From: Escherichia phage DCP80
Sequence record: PQ671644.1
DNA length: 64,000 bases
Reading direction: 5' to 3' (one strand)
The translations under genes were made by a program, and so were the position numbers. Below are positions 18,679 to 28,215 of this stretch, one piece after another; the stretch's first letter is position 1, and the number at the start of each line of letters is the position of its first letter. The notes under the pieces are model-generated. The model worked only from the letters and a program-made list of their open reading frames with translations. It ran no database searches and had not been told where the DNA came from.

Positions 18679-21600
18679 ATGGCAGTAGTAGCTATAGGTG
18701 TAATTGTTGCAGCGGCATCAGCAGGTGCTGCAGCGGCGGCCGCTGGTTTATCAATAGCATTATCTATTGGTATCGCCGTTGCAGTTGGTGCGTTAAACGC
18801 ATTAATGACATACAGCATGATGAATCAACAATCAGCAAGCTTCAACTCTCCTGATACTGGTTCAACATTAGGGACAGCAAGTAACCCAAGCACAGTTCTC
18901 CCGTTAGTTTATGGCGAACAACGTGTTGGTTCTATTGCAGTTTGGAAAGCTCTTGACAACCAAGACAGACGTCGCCTGGTACAAGTGTTTGCTGTTGCTC
19001 AGGGTGAAATTGATGGATTCAAACAGCTCTATATGGACAACAAGAAAATCTTCCGTGATGATTTGTTCTTCCGTAATGGCGTTGTGCAGAATGGACAGAT
19101 TCTTGACATCTATAAAAAAGCTGTTGAAGTTGAATTTGGTTGTGGTGGTCCAGGTCAGAAAGCTTCTGTTCTTGCTCAGAAATATCTGGGTAAAGGCGAA
19201 TGGCCAGATACAATGACCGGTAACAACGTTGCATGGTGTGTTATTGTTATGTACAAATCCAACGACCAGTTACAAGACGGTGTTGACATCCTCCAGCCAC
19301 AATCACAAGTTGCTCTGGATATTGTTGGGAAGAAAATCACAGACCTTACAACAGGTGTAGTTGGTCCATCTCAGAACGGTCCATCTCAGGCATACGATTA
19401 TTTCGTAACCCCAACCGGCCGTGGTGGTCTTGGAATCTCTGGTACTAAACTGGATATTGATTCCTTCCGTGAAGCTGCGTTTAAAGTATCAGGAGCCAAG
19501 CTTTATTCCAATGGTACGTTTGACCCGAACGCAACTGCTAAAGAAAACCTGACACAGCTGTGTGGTAGTTTCCAAGGATTTTGTTTAACTCAATTCGGTT
19601 TAATCTCTCTGGTTATTGATGAACCAGCTCCAGTTGCATGGTCTTTTACAGAGAACGAAGTTGAATTAAAAGATGTTTCCCTGAAAGATGGTGAATCGGA
19701 AAAAGACTGGAACGTATTAAACGTGTCTTATCAGGAACCTCGTCTTGATTACTCCAGCCAGATTCTGCGTTATCCTTCTGTTATTACCCCAGAATGGATT
19801 CAAGCAAACGGTGACCCGAAATCAAAAGACATTGAGTACAAATTTGTTAAAGATAAAGCACAGATTGATAAGTTAGCTTCTATTGAACGAAACAAAATGA
19901 GCCTGACTCGTAGCGTTACTTTCAGAACGTTTGCAACTTATACAGTACAAGTTTGGGACGTTATCGAATTTACTTTCGAAGAATTCAATCTTAACAAATC
20001 TAAATGGCGCGTAACTTCTGTTAACCGTGATGCAATCGGTGGTACCTTCGGTGCTGTAACGATTCAAGCATCAGAGTATAACGAACAAGTATACACCAAT
20101 ATGGATTTTGCTAACAACCCTAACTATAACGAATCAAACATTCCTAACGTTGGAGTTCTTCAGCAGCCAACCAATCTTCGTTGTCGTGCTGTAATGGCTA
20201 CTAACTTTGGTACAAGCTTCCTCGCAACATGGGACGCTATCCAAGATTACAACCGTATCGGATTCCGTGTAGAGTACAAACGCTCCGGTTCAAACAACTG
20301 GATTAACGGTGGTACGACTTCATATAATGAATTCCGTATCGAAGGTCTGGTTATGAATGATGGTGAGCTGATTGATGTACGAGTTTGTGCATACGGTTTG
20401 TTCGGTCGTTCAGAATGGGTAACACTGCAAGCTTCACAAGAGATTCCATATGACCTCCCAGGAGTCACAGGATTGCGTCTGGTGAACAATGCCGGTAATG
20501 CTAACACTACACTAGATAAAGACTTTATCTTCGCATGGGACGACCAGGGCGACCAGATACTGACAATTGATGGTGAGCGTGTGAAGTACAACCAAGTGTT
20601 CAGTCATTATCAGATTTATGTAACAGTTAATAACGTTGTACGTACCTACGTTACCAAAGATGTTGGATTCACGATTTCTTATGAAATCAACCGTGATATT
20701 GCTGGTATTGCTAAACGTGATGTTAAGATTGAAGTGCAACCGATTGGTGTACAACGCCGTTCAGGTCCTAAAGTTGGAATGACAGCAAGGAACAACCAGG
20801 CAACTGCGATTCAGAACTTCAACGCTACTCCAGGTTTTGGTTATATCGTTTGTTCATGGAATGACCCGATATCAATTCCAGATTGGGCAGGTACACAGAT
20901 TCAGTTCAGTAAGACTCCAGGATTTGAGACTCCACTTTATGCAACAACTTCCGACCGCTTCCAACAGTTTGTAGATATTGATGATGGCGATTACTATGTA
21001 AGAGCTGGTTGGTTTGACGTGTTCGGTGTTGATAATGAAATGGTTCTCTCCCAACCGATTTTTGTTTCTCTGAAATCGAAGGTGGACTGGACGCAGCAAG
21101 ACCAAGACCAGATTGATGACCTGTTGAACTTAACAGACCGTCTTGACCAGGCGATTGCTGATGCTCTTCTGTTAGCTGGACAACAAATGACAATCATGGA
21201 AAATCGTATCAACGAAACAACTGATGCGAAGATTTTAAATTCCAAAGCAACAACCCTTACTGAAGCTGGTGAGATGATTGCACAGCAGATTAACATTGTT
21301 AACTCTAACATGGATGAAATGTCTGCAACAATCACCAAACTTGACCAAGCTGTAACGTCTCCGACAGGTTCGGTTGCAACGCAGATTAATCAGGTTAAAG
21401 CTGAAATGGGTTCACAGATTGCATCGGTTGACCAGGAATCTAAAGCAAGTATCGATAAGTTAACAGGGGATATTAACTCCAGTTATTCATTAGCAGTTAA
21501 TGCTAATGGTCGTGTAGCTGGTATGAAGTTAATCGCTTCTAATGACCCAACTAAAGATACTGCAATCTATTTCACCGCAGACAAGTTTGCGATTACTTCT

Positions 21601-22437
21601 CAGACAGCTGGTGGAACAACGATTATTCCGTTTGCAGTACAAAACGGTCAGGTGTTTATGAACAGCGCATTGATTGCTAACGCATCAATCGGTTCAGCTC
21701 AAATCGCCAACGCAGCTATTAACAATGCTAAGATTTCTGATGCGGCTATCAACACAGCCAAAATCCAGGATGGAGCCATCACTAATGCTAAAATTGTTAA
21801 CGGTGCGATTGATAACGCTAAGATTGGTCAGTATATAAGAAGCAACGACTTTGTATCAGGTTCTCGTGGATGGAACATAGATAAAAGTGGTTATGCTGAA
21901 TTCAACAACGTAACAGTTCGTGGTAACATCTACGCGAATAATGGATTATTCAGAGGACGTATCGAAGCTACTGACGGTTATTTTAGTGGTACTGTTTACG
22001 CTAACAAAATCGAAGGTGATATCGTTACACCTGAGCGTGGTACAGTTGGATTGGACTTCCGTTGGGAAGGTGACCTCAGTGGTACAAGAAGAGTAATGCA
22101 ATTCGCCGGTGCTGATTATAAACGATTCCTGGATTCAAACTTAGTGTTAAGGATTTATGCTACATGGGAAAACAACGAATTCCGTGTTTATAGTTGTTCT
22201 TCAGCTGGTCATAGAACCGAATTGTTCTACTATCGTAACCCAGGACCATATGCAGGTGTTAAGGATTTCAGACTACAAGGTGTACCATTAGAACAGGCTG
22301 GTAGAGCTGGGTCTAACTGGATTGAAGTAACAAATACGGCGAATAGAAACGCTAGATACGGTTGGTTTACAACTGATGGAACAAGTACATCTTATGTTTG
22401 CGCATATCGTGCAGGTTCACAACGTTTAGTTATATAG
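18679..22437 (+). CDS. Tail tip assembly / central fibre protein, lambda I-J fusion
   Basis: N-terminus has Ala/Gly-rich segment and [12 protein letters not shown] like gpI (LPVLYGEMRVGS); remaining ~1100 aa J-like; start set to ATG after SD AAGGTGG. Confidence 0.7.
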   Translation: MAVVAIGVIVAAASAGAAAAAAGLSIALSIGIAVAVGALNALMTYSMMNQQSASFNSPDTGSTLGTASNPSTVLPLVYGEQRVGSIAVWKALDNQDRRRLVQVFAVAQGEIDGFKQLYMDNKKIFRDDLFFRNGVVQNGQILDIYKKAVEVEFGCGGPGQKASVLAQKYLGKGEWPDTMTGNNVAWCVIVMYKSNDQLQDGVDILQPQSQVALDIVGKKITDLTTGVVGPSQNGPSQAYDYFVTPTGRGGLGISGTKLDIDSFREAAFKVSGAKLYSNGTFDPNATAKENLTQLCGSFQGFCLTQFGLISLVIDEPAPVAWSFTENEVELKDVSLKDGESEKDWNVLNVSYQEPRLDYSSQILRYPSVITPEWIQANGDPKSKDIEYKFVKDKAQIDKLASIERNKMSLTRSVTFRTFATYTVQVWDVIEFTFEEFNLNKSKWRVTSVNRDAIGGTFGAVTIQASEYNEQVYTNMDFANNPNYNESNIPNVGVLQQPTNLRCRAVMATNFGTSFLATWDAIQDYNRIGFRVEYKRSGSNNWINGGTTSYNEFRIEGLVMNDGELIDVRVCAYGLFGRSEWVTLQASQEIPYDLPGVTGLRLVNNAGNANTTLDKDFIFAWDDQGDQILTIDGERVKYNQVFSHYQIYVTVNNVVRTYVTKDVGFTISYEINRDIAGIAKRDVKIEVQPIGVQRRSGPKVGMTARNNQATAIQNFNATPGFGYIVCSWNDPISIPDWAGTQIQFSKTPGFETPLYATTSDRFQQFVDIDDGDYYVRAGWFDVFGVDNEMVLSQPIFVSLKSKVDWTQQDQDQIDDLLNLTDRLDQAIADALLLAGQQMTIMENRINETTDAKILNSKATTLTEAGEMIAQQINIVNSNMDEMSATITKLDQAVTSPTGSVATQINQVKAEMGSQIASVDQESKASIDKLTGDINSSYSLAVNANGRVAGMKLIASNDPTKDTAIYFTADKFAITSQTAGGTTIIPFAVQNGQVFMNSALIANASIGSAQIANAAINNAKISDAAINTAKIQDGAITNAKIVNGAIDNAKIGQYIRSNDFVSGSRGWNIDKSGYAEFNNVTVRGNIYANNGLFRGRIEATDGYFSGTVYANKIEGDIVTPERGTVGLDFRWEGDLSGTRRVMQFAGADYKRFLDSNLVLRIYATWENNEFRVYSCSSAGHRTELFYYRNPGPYAGVKDFRLQGVPLEQAGRAGSNWIEVTNTANRNARYGWFTTDGTSTSYVCAYRAGSQRLVI

Positions 22438-22442
22438 TAAAA

Positions 22443-22458
22443 GGGGACTTCGGTCCCC
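22443..22458 (+). terminator. Terminator-type hairpin
   Basis: GGGGACTTCGGTCCCC. Confidence 0.55.
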
Positions 22459-22471
22459 TTAAGGATAGGAA

Positions 22472-22933
22472 ATGGAAGTAATGAGTTTGGCTGCATTTGT
22501 AAAATTAGTTGGTTGGTTAGTAGGAGCAATTGCTTTTGTTGTCGGTTCAATCTGGAGCGTAGGTAAAGGCATAGGTGCTATCAAGGGAAAGTTTATTGAT
22601 AACCCAATCAAGGAAGTTAAAGACGAAGTTAAAGCTTTACAGGATAATCTTTCTGAAGTTGAAAAGAAGATTGAATCTGTGGATATCAAACAGCAAGCTC
22701 TGATTGATTCTATCAAGACCAATAGTGATATGACAATGTTGCATATCGAAAAGATTTCAACACAGATGGATGGTATGAAGGAGTTAGTATTATCAAAGAA
22801 TGATGAAGTAAACCGCAGGCTGGCCGAGACTGAAAAACGTCAACAAGACCAGATTAATGAATTTCTGAAAGCTGCACTGGCTAAGGGAATTTCCAACAAC
22901 GTAAACTTTTCCGGAGACCAACGTGTACGATGA
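22472..22933 (+). CDS. Membrane-anchored coiled-coil protein, possible i-spanin
   Basis: 153 aa, N-terminal hydrophobic segment then charged coiled coil; same size and layout as lambda Rz. Confidence 0.4.
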   Translation: MEVMSLAAFVKLVGWLVGAIAFVVGSIWSVGKGIGAIKGKFIDNPIKEVKDEVKALQDNLSEVEKKIESVDIKQQALIDSIKTNSDMTMLHIEKISTQMDGMKELVLSKNDEVNRRLAETEKRQQDQINEFLKAALAKGISNNVNFSGDQRVR

Positions 22934-22958
22934 GTTCGATGGATTCTAAGAGGTTATT

Positions 22959-23426
22959 ATGAAAGCAATAGAGTACAAACATATGTTATACGAAAGACAA
23001 CATGGAATTTGTCTGCTATGTAAACTTCCGCTTGAAGATGTTAAAAGTTCCCATCTAGACCACGACCACGCTTTAACAGGTCCTAATGCTGGATTCTGCC
23101 GAGGACTTCTATGTCCTAGTTGTAACGTCTTGGAAGGAACTTTGCTGCATAAATTCAACAGAAGTGGATTAAAAAGTAAAACAACCTTTACAGCTTATCT
23201 TAATAACCTGCTATCTTATTATGCAAATCCACTGCATGAAAAGATACACCCTAATTTTATTAGAGATAAGGTGAAGGCTGTTTCACGGATGAGCAATCAA
23301 AGTATCATAGCTGAAATTGAAAAACTGACCTTTAACCTCCCAGCTGATAAGTCAAAGAAAGGACTTGTCAGTTTCTATCGTAAGGCTCTTAAGAAGTCCC
23401 TGGAGGACGTATGTCTGCAAAGTTAA
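22959..23426 (+). CDS. 49: Endonuclease VII-like Holliday junction resolvase
   Basis: CLLC...HLDHDH...GLLCPSCN...HKFNRSGLK...IHPNF closely follows T4 gp49 as recalled. Confidence 0.8.
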   Translation: MKAIEYKHMLYERQHGICLLCKLPLEDVKSSHLDHDHALTGPNAGFCRGLLCPSCNVLEGTLLHKFNRSGLKSKTTFTAYLNNLLSYYANPLHEKIHPNFIRDKVKAVSRMSNQSIIAEIEKLTFNLPADKSKKGLVSFYRKALKKSLEDVCLQS

Positions 23427-23583
23427 AGGTTAATAAAGATTTACTAAAAAAAGTGCTCATGGCGGCCCTGATAAGCTCCTTGGTATGGAATCATATAGTA
23501 TCACCTATAATTCTAATAACCACAGGTGTAAGTATCACGATTCCGATGCATGAAGTACTTCAACCGTTAATGCTATTACTATA
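23410..23583 (+). CDS. Small membrane protein, possible holin
   Basis: 57-aa ORF below track cutoff, SD GGAGGA, one hydrophobic helix; overlaps end of gene 49. Confidence 0.3.
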
Positions 23584-23592
23584 AGGAATGAT

Positions 23593-24144
23593 ATGAGAGA
23601 CCCTAATAAAGGTAAAGCTCGGAAGGTCAAGGAAGACCTTCAAAAGTGGGCGATTAAGGAAGATGACGTTTTCAGTAAGAAATTAACAAAGGCTTCCAAG
23701 CTGGCATCAGTTCAGTTACAGAGATATATCAACGGTAACATCAAAGGAGGTGCAACACCTTTTACACAGAAAGCAGTGGGATTCCAATTTAGATATGATA
23801 AGTTTGGTTCCTGGAACAGAATCTATATAAGAGATGCACAAGCGGCTTATCTTGGTGACCTGATTGATGATGACAAACGCTTTAAGAAGTTTGTACCAAT
23901 CGCTGGCAGGAACACAAACAAGTTCGGTAACATAATTGGTTTAAGGAATTTCAGAAACCTTATTCCCGTTAAACAGATGCATAACGGACGAATGAGAACA
24001 ATTCTCATCAAGCCATCAGCTAAAGGTATAAAAAGATTCGTTGCTGTACAGAAGGAAATTTCCCCACGGAAAACATTAGGTTCATGGAAAGAAATGGAAA
24101 AGAGAATGATAAATAACATTAACAGAGTCATTCACTCCAAATAA
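23593..24144 (+). CDS. Hypothetical basic protein
   Basis: 183-aa ORF, Lys/Arg-rich. Confidence 0.4.
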   Translation: MRDPNKGKARKVKEDLQKWAIKEDDVFSKKLTKASKLASVQLQRYINGNIKGGATPFTQKAVGFQFRYDKFGSWNRIYIRDAQAAYLGDLIDDDKRFKKFVPIAGRNTNKFGNIIGLRNFRNLIPVKQMHNGRMRTILIKPSAKGIKRFVAVQKEISPRKTLGSWKEMEKRMINNINRVIHSK

Positions 24145-24157
24145 ACTAAGGATTAAC

Positions 24158-24457
24158 ATGTACAAGTACAGATATTATAACGAAGAATCATTACTAACGT
24201 TAAAGATAAACGGTGTGAATCCACCAGGTTGTTCATTACCAGAACCAGCTAAAAGTTTAAAGAAATTCCAGAAGGTAAATGATAACGATTACTTTGCTGT
24301 GTCAACTTTGTTCAAGACACCAAAGGTTTCTTATAAGAAAGGGGAAGTTGTTAAACTAGAAGGATTCCCGTTAAGGAGAGAGGCTGTGTGTATCGGTGAT
24401 TTGTTACACACAGAGAAGGGGTACAGAATTAAAAGTTATATCTTCCAATTCTGTTAA
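24158..24457 (+). CDS. Hypothetical protein
   Basis: 99-aa ORF. Confidence 0.35.
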   Translation: MYKYRYYNEESLLTLKINGVNPPGCSLPEPAKSLKKFQKVNDNDYFAVSTLFKTPKVSYKKGEVVKLEGFPLRREAVCIGDLLHTEKGYRIKSYIFQFC

Positions 24458-24464
24458 TTTTAGT

Positions 24465-24776
24465 TTAGTTGAGTTTTTTACAATTAGTTATCAATAAACC
24501 GTTGACATAGAATTCACGTTCCCCACCACGAATCCATGTACCATACATGATTCCATCTCGTTCACGTTTCAGAGCAGGGATTTTCTTCCCGTCGATTTCA
24601 ACAGAACTAGAGCGCAAAGGTGGTGAACGGAATTCCTCTGAACTGAAAGATTCGATAACTGTAACGAACTCCACTTTAATCTCAGGACTGTAACACTGGA
24701 ACTTTTGTACTTCCATTGCATAACTTGATGCAGAGATAAGAAGCAATGATGCGATGATTGTTTTTAAAGTTTTCAT
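24465..24776 (-). CDS. Secreted protein with signal peptide, opposite strand to late operon
   Basis: MKTLKTIIASLLLISASSYA signal-like N-terminus; SD GGAGA before ATG. Confidence 0.5.
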   Translation of the reverse strand: MKTLKTIIASLLLISASSYAMEVQKFQCYSPEIKVEFVTVIESFSSEEFRSPPLRSSSVEIDGKKIPALKRERDGIMYGTWIRGGEREFYVNGLLITNCKKLN

Positions 24777-24868
24777 ATAGTCTCCAAAGTAATAATCTTA
24801 TTTAGTGTTTCAATAGTATAAGATAAGTATAACACATAAATTCTAAAGCGTAAACCTAAGGAGGTTTT

Positions 24869-25333
24869 ATGTCAGAAGCTTTTAACATGCTGATGAAAGA
24901 TGAAGGCATCGAGTATCATCTTTATAAATGCACGCAAGGATACTGGACAATCGGGATTGGTCATATGATTTCCCGTGATAAACAAACAGCTGAACGATTC
25001 CTTAATGAGAAATTTGGGAAGTGTGTAATAAGTAAGGAGCAGGCTATCCAGTTGTTCAAGCAAGATTATAATCATGCAGTATTAGGTGCACAGAGTATCG
25101 TAAGATTAGACACCTACCGTGAATTAGCATTGTCTAATATGGTTTTCCAGATGGGACTTGGTGGTGTACTGAAGTTCAAGAAAATGATAGCTGCACTGAA
25201 GATACAAGACTGGAACGAAGCTTATAAGCAGGCTTTAGATTCTACATGGTATAAACAAACACCTAATCGTGCCAAACGTGTGGCCGAGGTACTAAGAGAT
25301 GGGAAACAAGCATATGTCAAACATTACTCCTGA
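24869..25333 (+). CDS. e: Lysozyme, T4 e-type (GH24)
   Basis: EG..Y.C..GYWTIGIGH, NMVFQMG and WYKQTPNRAKRV match T4 lysozyme motifs. Confidence 0.85.
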   Translation: MSEAFNMLMKDEGIEYHLYKCTQGYWTIGIGHMISRDKQTAERFLNEKFGKCVISKEQAIQLFKQDYNHAVLGAQSIVRLDTYRELALSNMVFQMGLGGVLKFKKMIAALKIQDWNEAYKQALDSTWYKQTPNRAKRVAEVLRDGKQAYVKHYS

Positions 25334-25526
25334 AATGATTGCTGAACTATACGTTGAGAATCATAACTTAAAGCGTCAATTCAAAGCTGCTAACGATTTC
25401 GTCGGGCAGGTAGCCATGGCTCTCCAGATGGATTCTGAAGACTCTATCGTAACTTATGAAGCATTGTCTAACAAGTTAGCTTCCGCGCTCGCCGGGGCCT
25501 CCCAGGGCGTCCAGGAAAAGCAATAG
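25299..25526 (+). CDS. Hypothetical protein
   Basis: 75-aa ORF overlapping lysozyme end; weak. Confidence 0.25.
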   Translation: MGNKHMSNITPEMIAELYVENHNLKRQFKAANDFVGQVAMALQMDSEDSIVTYEALSNKLASALAGASQGVQEKQ

Positions 25527-25534
25527 TTACTTTC

Positions 25535-25554
25535 CGGGGGCCCCCTCCCCGGGA
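25535..25554. promoter_or_regulatory. GC-rich near-dyad element CCGGGGGCCCCCTCCCCGGG, candidate cos nicking site
   Basis: Isolated GC-rich imperfect twofold symmetry in AT-rich region ~200 bp upstream of Nu1-like gene. Confidence 0.4.
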
Positions 25555-25759
25555 TGTTACGCCCACCCATTCTTCTGTTTACCAGAAATTTTTTTGGGAT
25601 AGCTAACACAACTTTATAATTATAAAATATTTTTTAAAATTAAAAATAGTTTTGAAAATAAATTTTGATTTTAAAATTAATTTTACAATTCATGAACTTA
25701 TAAGTTCTTAATTTCTAAAAGATTTTCAAGAGCTTTTCCAAAACTGATGAGGAATTAAA

Positions 25760-26251
25760 ATGTCAACCAAAGACCCGATTTATCTTAACCAAAAACAAAT
25801 CTCCGAATCCTACGGAGTTACGCGCCAGACGATTGCAGAGTGGCAGAAGCGTGAAAATCCAATTCCGTGGATTGCTGGACGGGGATATCCGATGCCTGAT
25901 GCCGGAGTTTGGATTGCAGAAAATTTTATAAAAACTTTAAGACAGAACAACGAAGCACAGGATTTTAATTATCACAAGACAAGGAAGATGGCAGCAGAAG
26001 CGGACATTGCTGAAAGGGAAAACATGCTCGAGGCGCAATCCGTTATCAGAACAGATTTCGTAGAAGAGGAGTTAAGGAATTTTGTTACAAGAGTTAAGGA
26101 AACCCTCCGCGTCATTCCATTGAAGTATGCAGAAGATATTGCTATAAGAGCAACAAGCACATCAGAAGTTAAGAAGGCATTAAGGGAAGCGATTGATAAA
26201 TCCCTGAACGAGATTGACCTGTTGATGTTGTTTGAAGAGCATGAAGAATAA
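25760..26251 (+). CDS. Terminase small subunit, lambda Nu1-like winged HTH
   Basis: KQISESYGVTRQTIAEWQKRE parallels Nu1 KQLADIFGASIRTIQNWQEQG; downstream coiled region matches Nu1 layout. Confidence 0.55.
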   Translation: MSTKDPIYLNQKQISESYGVTRQTIAEWQKRENPIPWIAGRGYPMPDAGVWIAENFIKTLRQNNEAQDFNYHKTRKMAAEADIAERENMLEAQSVIRTDFVEEELRNFVTRVKETLRVIPLKYAEDIAIRATSTSEVKKALREAIDKSLNEIDLLMLFEEHEE

Positions 26252-26281
26252 TCCATTCCCCCAATAAAAAAGGGACCCGAA

Positions 26282-26298
26282 GGTCCCTTACGTCATTC
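26282..26298. terminator. Bidirectional terminator hairpin between convergent genes
   Basis: AAAAAA-GGGACCCGAAGGTCCC. Confidence 0.65.
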
Positions 26299-26532
26299 CC
26301 ACTTAATCGTTGCTACTCGCTCATACACGAGACGTAAATCAATCTTTCCTTTTACGGTATATGTTCTTTGAACTTCCCCTTGTGCTTCCACTGTGAGGCT
26401 ATCAATTAATTCATCGTTTTGATACAATCGATATAGGTTTTTCTGACGGTTTGAAATTGTTAAAGTACGTTGAACTTCTTCTTTAGTATCTTCCAATTTA
26501 TGGAGAGCTTTTAGACTAGTTGATTCGTACAT
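26293..26532 (-). CDS. Hypothetical protein
   Basis: 79-aa ORF. Confidence 0.4.
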   Translation of the reverse strand: MYESTSLKALHKLEDTKEEVQRTLTISNRQKNLYRLYQNDELIDSLTVEAQGEVQRTYTVKGKIDLRLVYERVATIKWE

Positions 26533-26563
26533 AGTTTTCCTTTTTAAAGGGGACCGAAGTCCC

Positions 26564-26890
26564 TTATGCGTATAAGTGTTTTTCTTTCTTACGAAGACAG
26601 TTTTCAGAAGCTGTCAGGAGCTGCAAGTTACTTGGAGCGTTGTTCTTGCGGTTAAAATCGATATGGTCAATGTGCATACCCTCAGGAACTTCAGAATCGT
26701 TATCAAGCATCCACACGATTCGGTGAGCATACTCGTTATTATGAACCGGGTGGAAAACATGGATATAACCAGAAGGTAATTCGTAACCAGCTTCTTTGCC
26801 AGCGTGCTTACCAGTGGTGTAAATCAGTTTGTCATCAACGATTGCATAGTGAGCTTTAACGATGTCGAGAGTAATTTTAGTACGTGCCAT
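26564..26890 (-). CDS. HNH endonuclease
   Basis: HIDHIDFNRKNNAPSNLQLLTASEN HNH motif. Confidence 0.7.
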   Translation of the reverse strand: MARTKITLDIVKAHYAIVDDKLIYTTGKHAGKEAGYELPSGYIHVFHPVHNNEYAHRIVWMLDNDSEVPEGMHIDHIDFNRKNNAPSNLQLLTASENCLRKKEKHLYA

Positions 26891-26908
26891 TTGATATACC
26901 TTTTAAAA

Positions 26909-26957
26909 ATGAAGCACCGGAATTGATGCTTCGCGTTTTCATACTTTTATTTATAAC
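26909..26957 (-). promoter_or_regulatory. Intergenic cassette: TATAAATA, then hairpin with loop TCAATTCCGG
   Basis: Minus-strand reading TATAAATAAAAGTATGAAAACGC-GAAGCA-TCAATTCCGG-TGCTTC-ATTTTT. Confidence 0.5.
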
Positions 26958-26969
26958 AGCTTTTCGGGC

Positions 26970-27152
26970 TTATTCAGAAGTCAGAATAAATTTTTGATAC
27001 TGTTTACCAGTTATCTTGTATCTGATGAAGTTGAACAAATCGAACAAATATCCAAGAGGAATCAGAGCAATCAGAAGTGGTGCCATGATGAACATCAGGA
27101 TTGCTTGGATAACAAACAGAATTGTTTCACCCAGAAATTTTAAAATAAACAT
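26970..27152 (-). CDS. Small membrane protein
   Basis: 60 aa, two hydrophobic segments. Confidence 0.4.
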   Translation of the reverse strand: MFILKFLGETILFVIQAILMFIMAPLLIALIPLGYLFDLFNFIRYKITGKQYQKFILTSE

Positions 27153-27185
27153 AGTTCTCCCGTTGGGGCCGAAGCCCCAGATAAG

Positions 27186-27401
27186 TTAGCGAATTGATTT
27201 TTGTTCTTTAGCGCGATTCTTAATACCAAGTCCTTGCATCGTGGCTTCGATAACCTCGATTGCTTTAACACGTTTTTCATACTCTGCCAGAGTGATTTGT
27301 TTTTTGGCGAATTGTACATAAAGGGCAGACATAGCTTCGTAACTGTTCATAGGATTTCTCTTTAAAGGGAGACACCGGAATTGATGTCTCGTTGTTTTCA
27401 T
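27186..27401 (-). CDS. Hypothetical small protein (true start probably the internal ATG near 27347)
   Basis: Track start lies inside the TATAAATA motif; internal ATG has SD AAAGAG. Confidence 0.35.
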   Translation of the reverse strand: MKTTRHQFRCLPLKRNPMNSYEAMSALYVQFAKKQITLAEYEKRVKAIEVIEATMQGLGIKNRAKEQKSIR

Positions 27402-27418
27402 ACATTTATTTATAACGG
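27369..27418 (-). promoter_or_regulatory. Intergenic cassette: TATAAATA, then hairpin with same loop and covarying stem
   Basis: Stem GAGACA/TGTCTC versus GAAGCA/TGCTTC in the 26909 copy; loop TCAATTCCGG identical. Confidence 0.5.
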
Positions 27419-27422
27419 TCTT

Positions 27423-27713
27423 TTAACGCTTTTTAAAACCACCGAAGAAGGTGCCAGATAATGATTGAGCGATTTTAGAAGCTTCATAGTTGTTTGATTC
27501 AACTTCACCATACTTCCAACCTTTACCAAGGAGTTTCAACCATTTCAATCTAGCGATTGTCACATCATGACCTGCGCAAAGGAGTTCAAATTCTTCCAGT
27601 TCATCATTAAGTAGATAAGCAAGTTTTTCTTTATCCACAGCGTATGTCCAATTGGTACCTTCGAATTCGAAGAAAACTGAATCACCGTGGGTTTCTACAT
27701 TTTTAATCTTCAT
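27423..27713 (-). CDS. Hypothetical protein
   Basis: 96-aa ORF. Confidence 0.4.
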   Translation of the reverse strand: MKIKNVETHGDSVFFEFEGTNWTYAVDKEKLAYLLNDELEEFELLCAGHDVTIARLKWLKLLGKGWKYGEVESNNYEASKIAQSLSGTFFGGFKKR

Positions 27714-27904
27714 TAGATTTCCTTTACAATAAATTTATAAGTTACTTGGGACTCTTTAAAGACAGCTTCCGTTGCCCATTCTTCAGGTTTTTTCGAAAGC
27801 TCTGTGTGATAAAGCATTGCAGCTTCACCCTCTTGTGCTTCCAAAGCTTCTATGTAGCTTCGGCCTTCTTTAAGTTTAATAACACCGCAATCTATGATTC
27901 TCAT
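27713..27904 (-). CDS. Hypothetical protein
   Basis: 63-aa ORF. Confidence 0.35.
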   Translation of the reverse strand: MRIIDCGVIKLKEGRSYIEALEAQEGEAAMLYHTELSKKPEEWATEAVFKESQVTYKFIVKEI

Positions 27905-28215
27905 TTCTTGTCCAGTAGTTGTTGGTAAAATTCGATATGAGCATAAACATCTTGAATCCCGTGTAGGTAATCATCAAAGGTGATGTCCAGGTCTTCAAAG
28001 AAGTTATGATAAATTTCTTGTAGTTTGGTATAACCGTTTTCGTTAGTCATAAGTACCTCGTTGTTTTCATAATTTTATTTATACTGATTAATACTGGTTT
28101 AAATGGCGCCACAACGTGGTTCTGGATATACTATGTTTCTTCAGAACAGATTTCTTATCTTTACGACGAGCATTTTTATACTCGTCTGCAATTTGATTTA
28201 ACTTCTCGTTGGTCA

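Noticed and set aside
25760-26251. Nu1-like protein as a transcriptional regulator rather than small terminase
   Set aside because: Not fully excluded, but the upstream cos-like element and Nu1-type layout favour small terminase; kept as CDS with moderate confidence.
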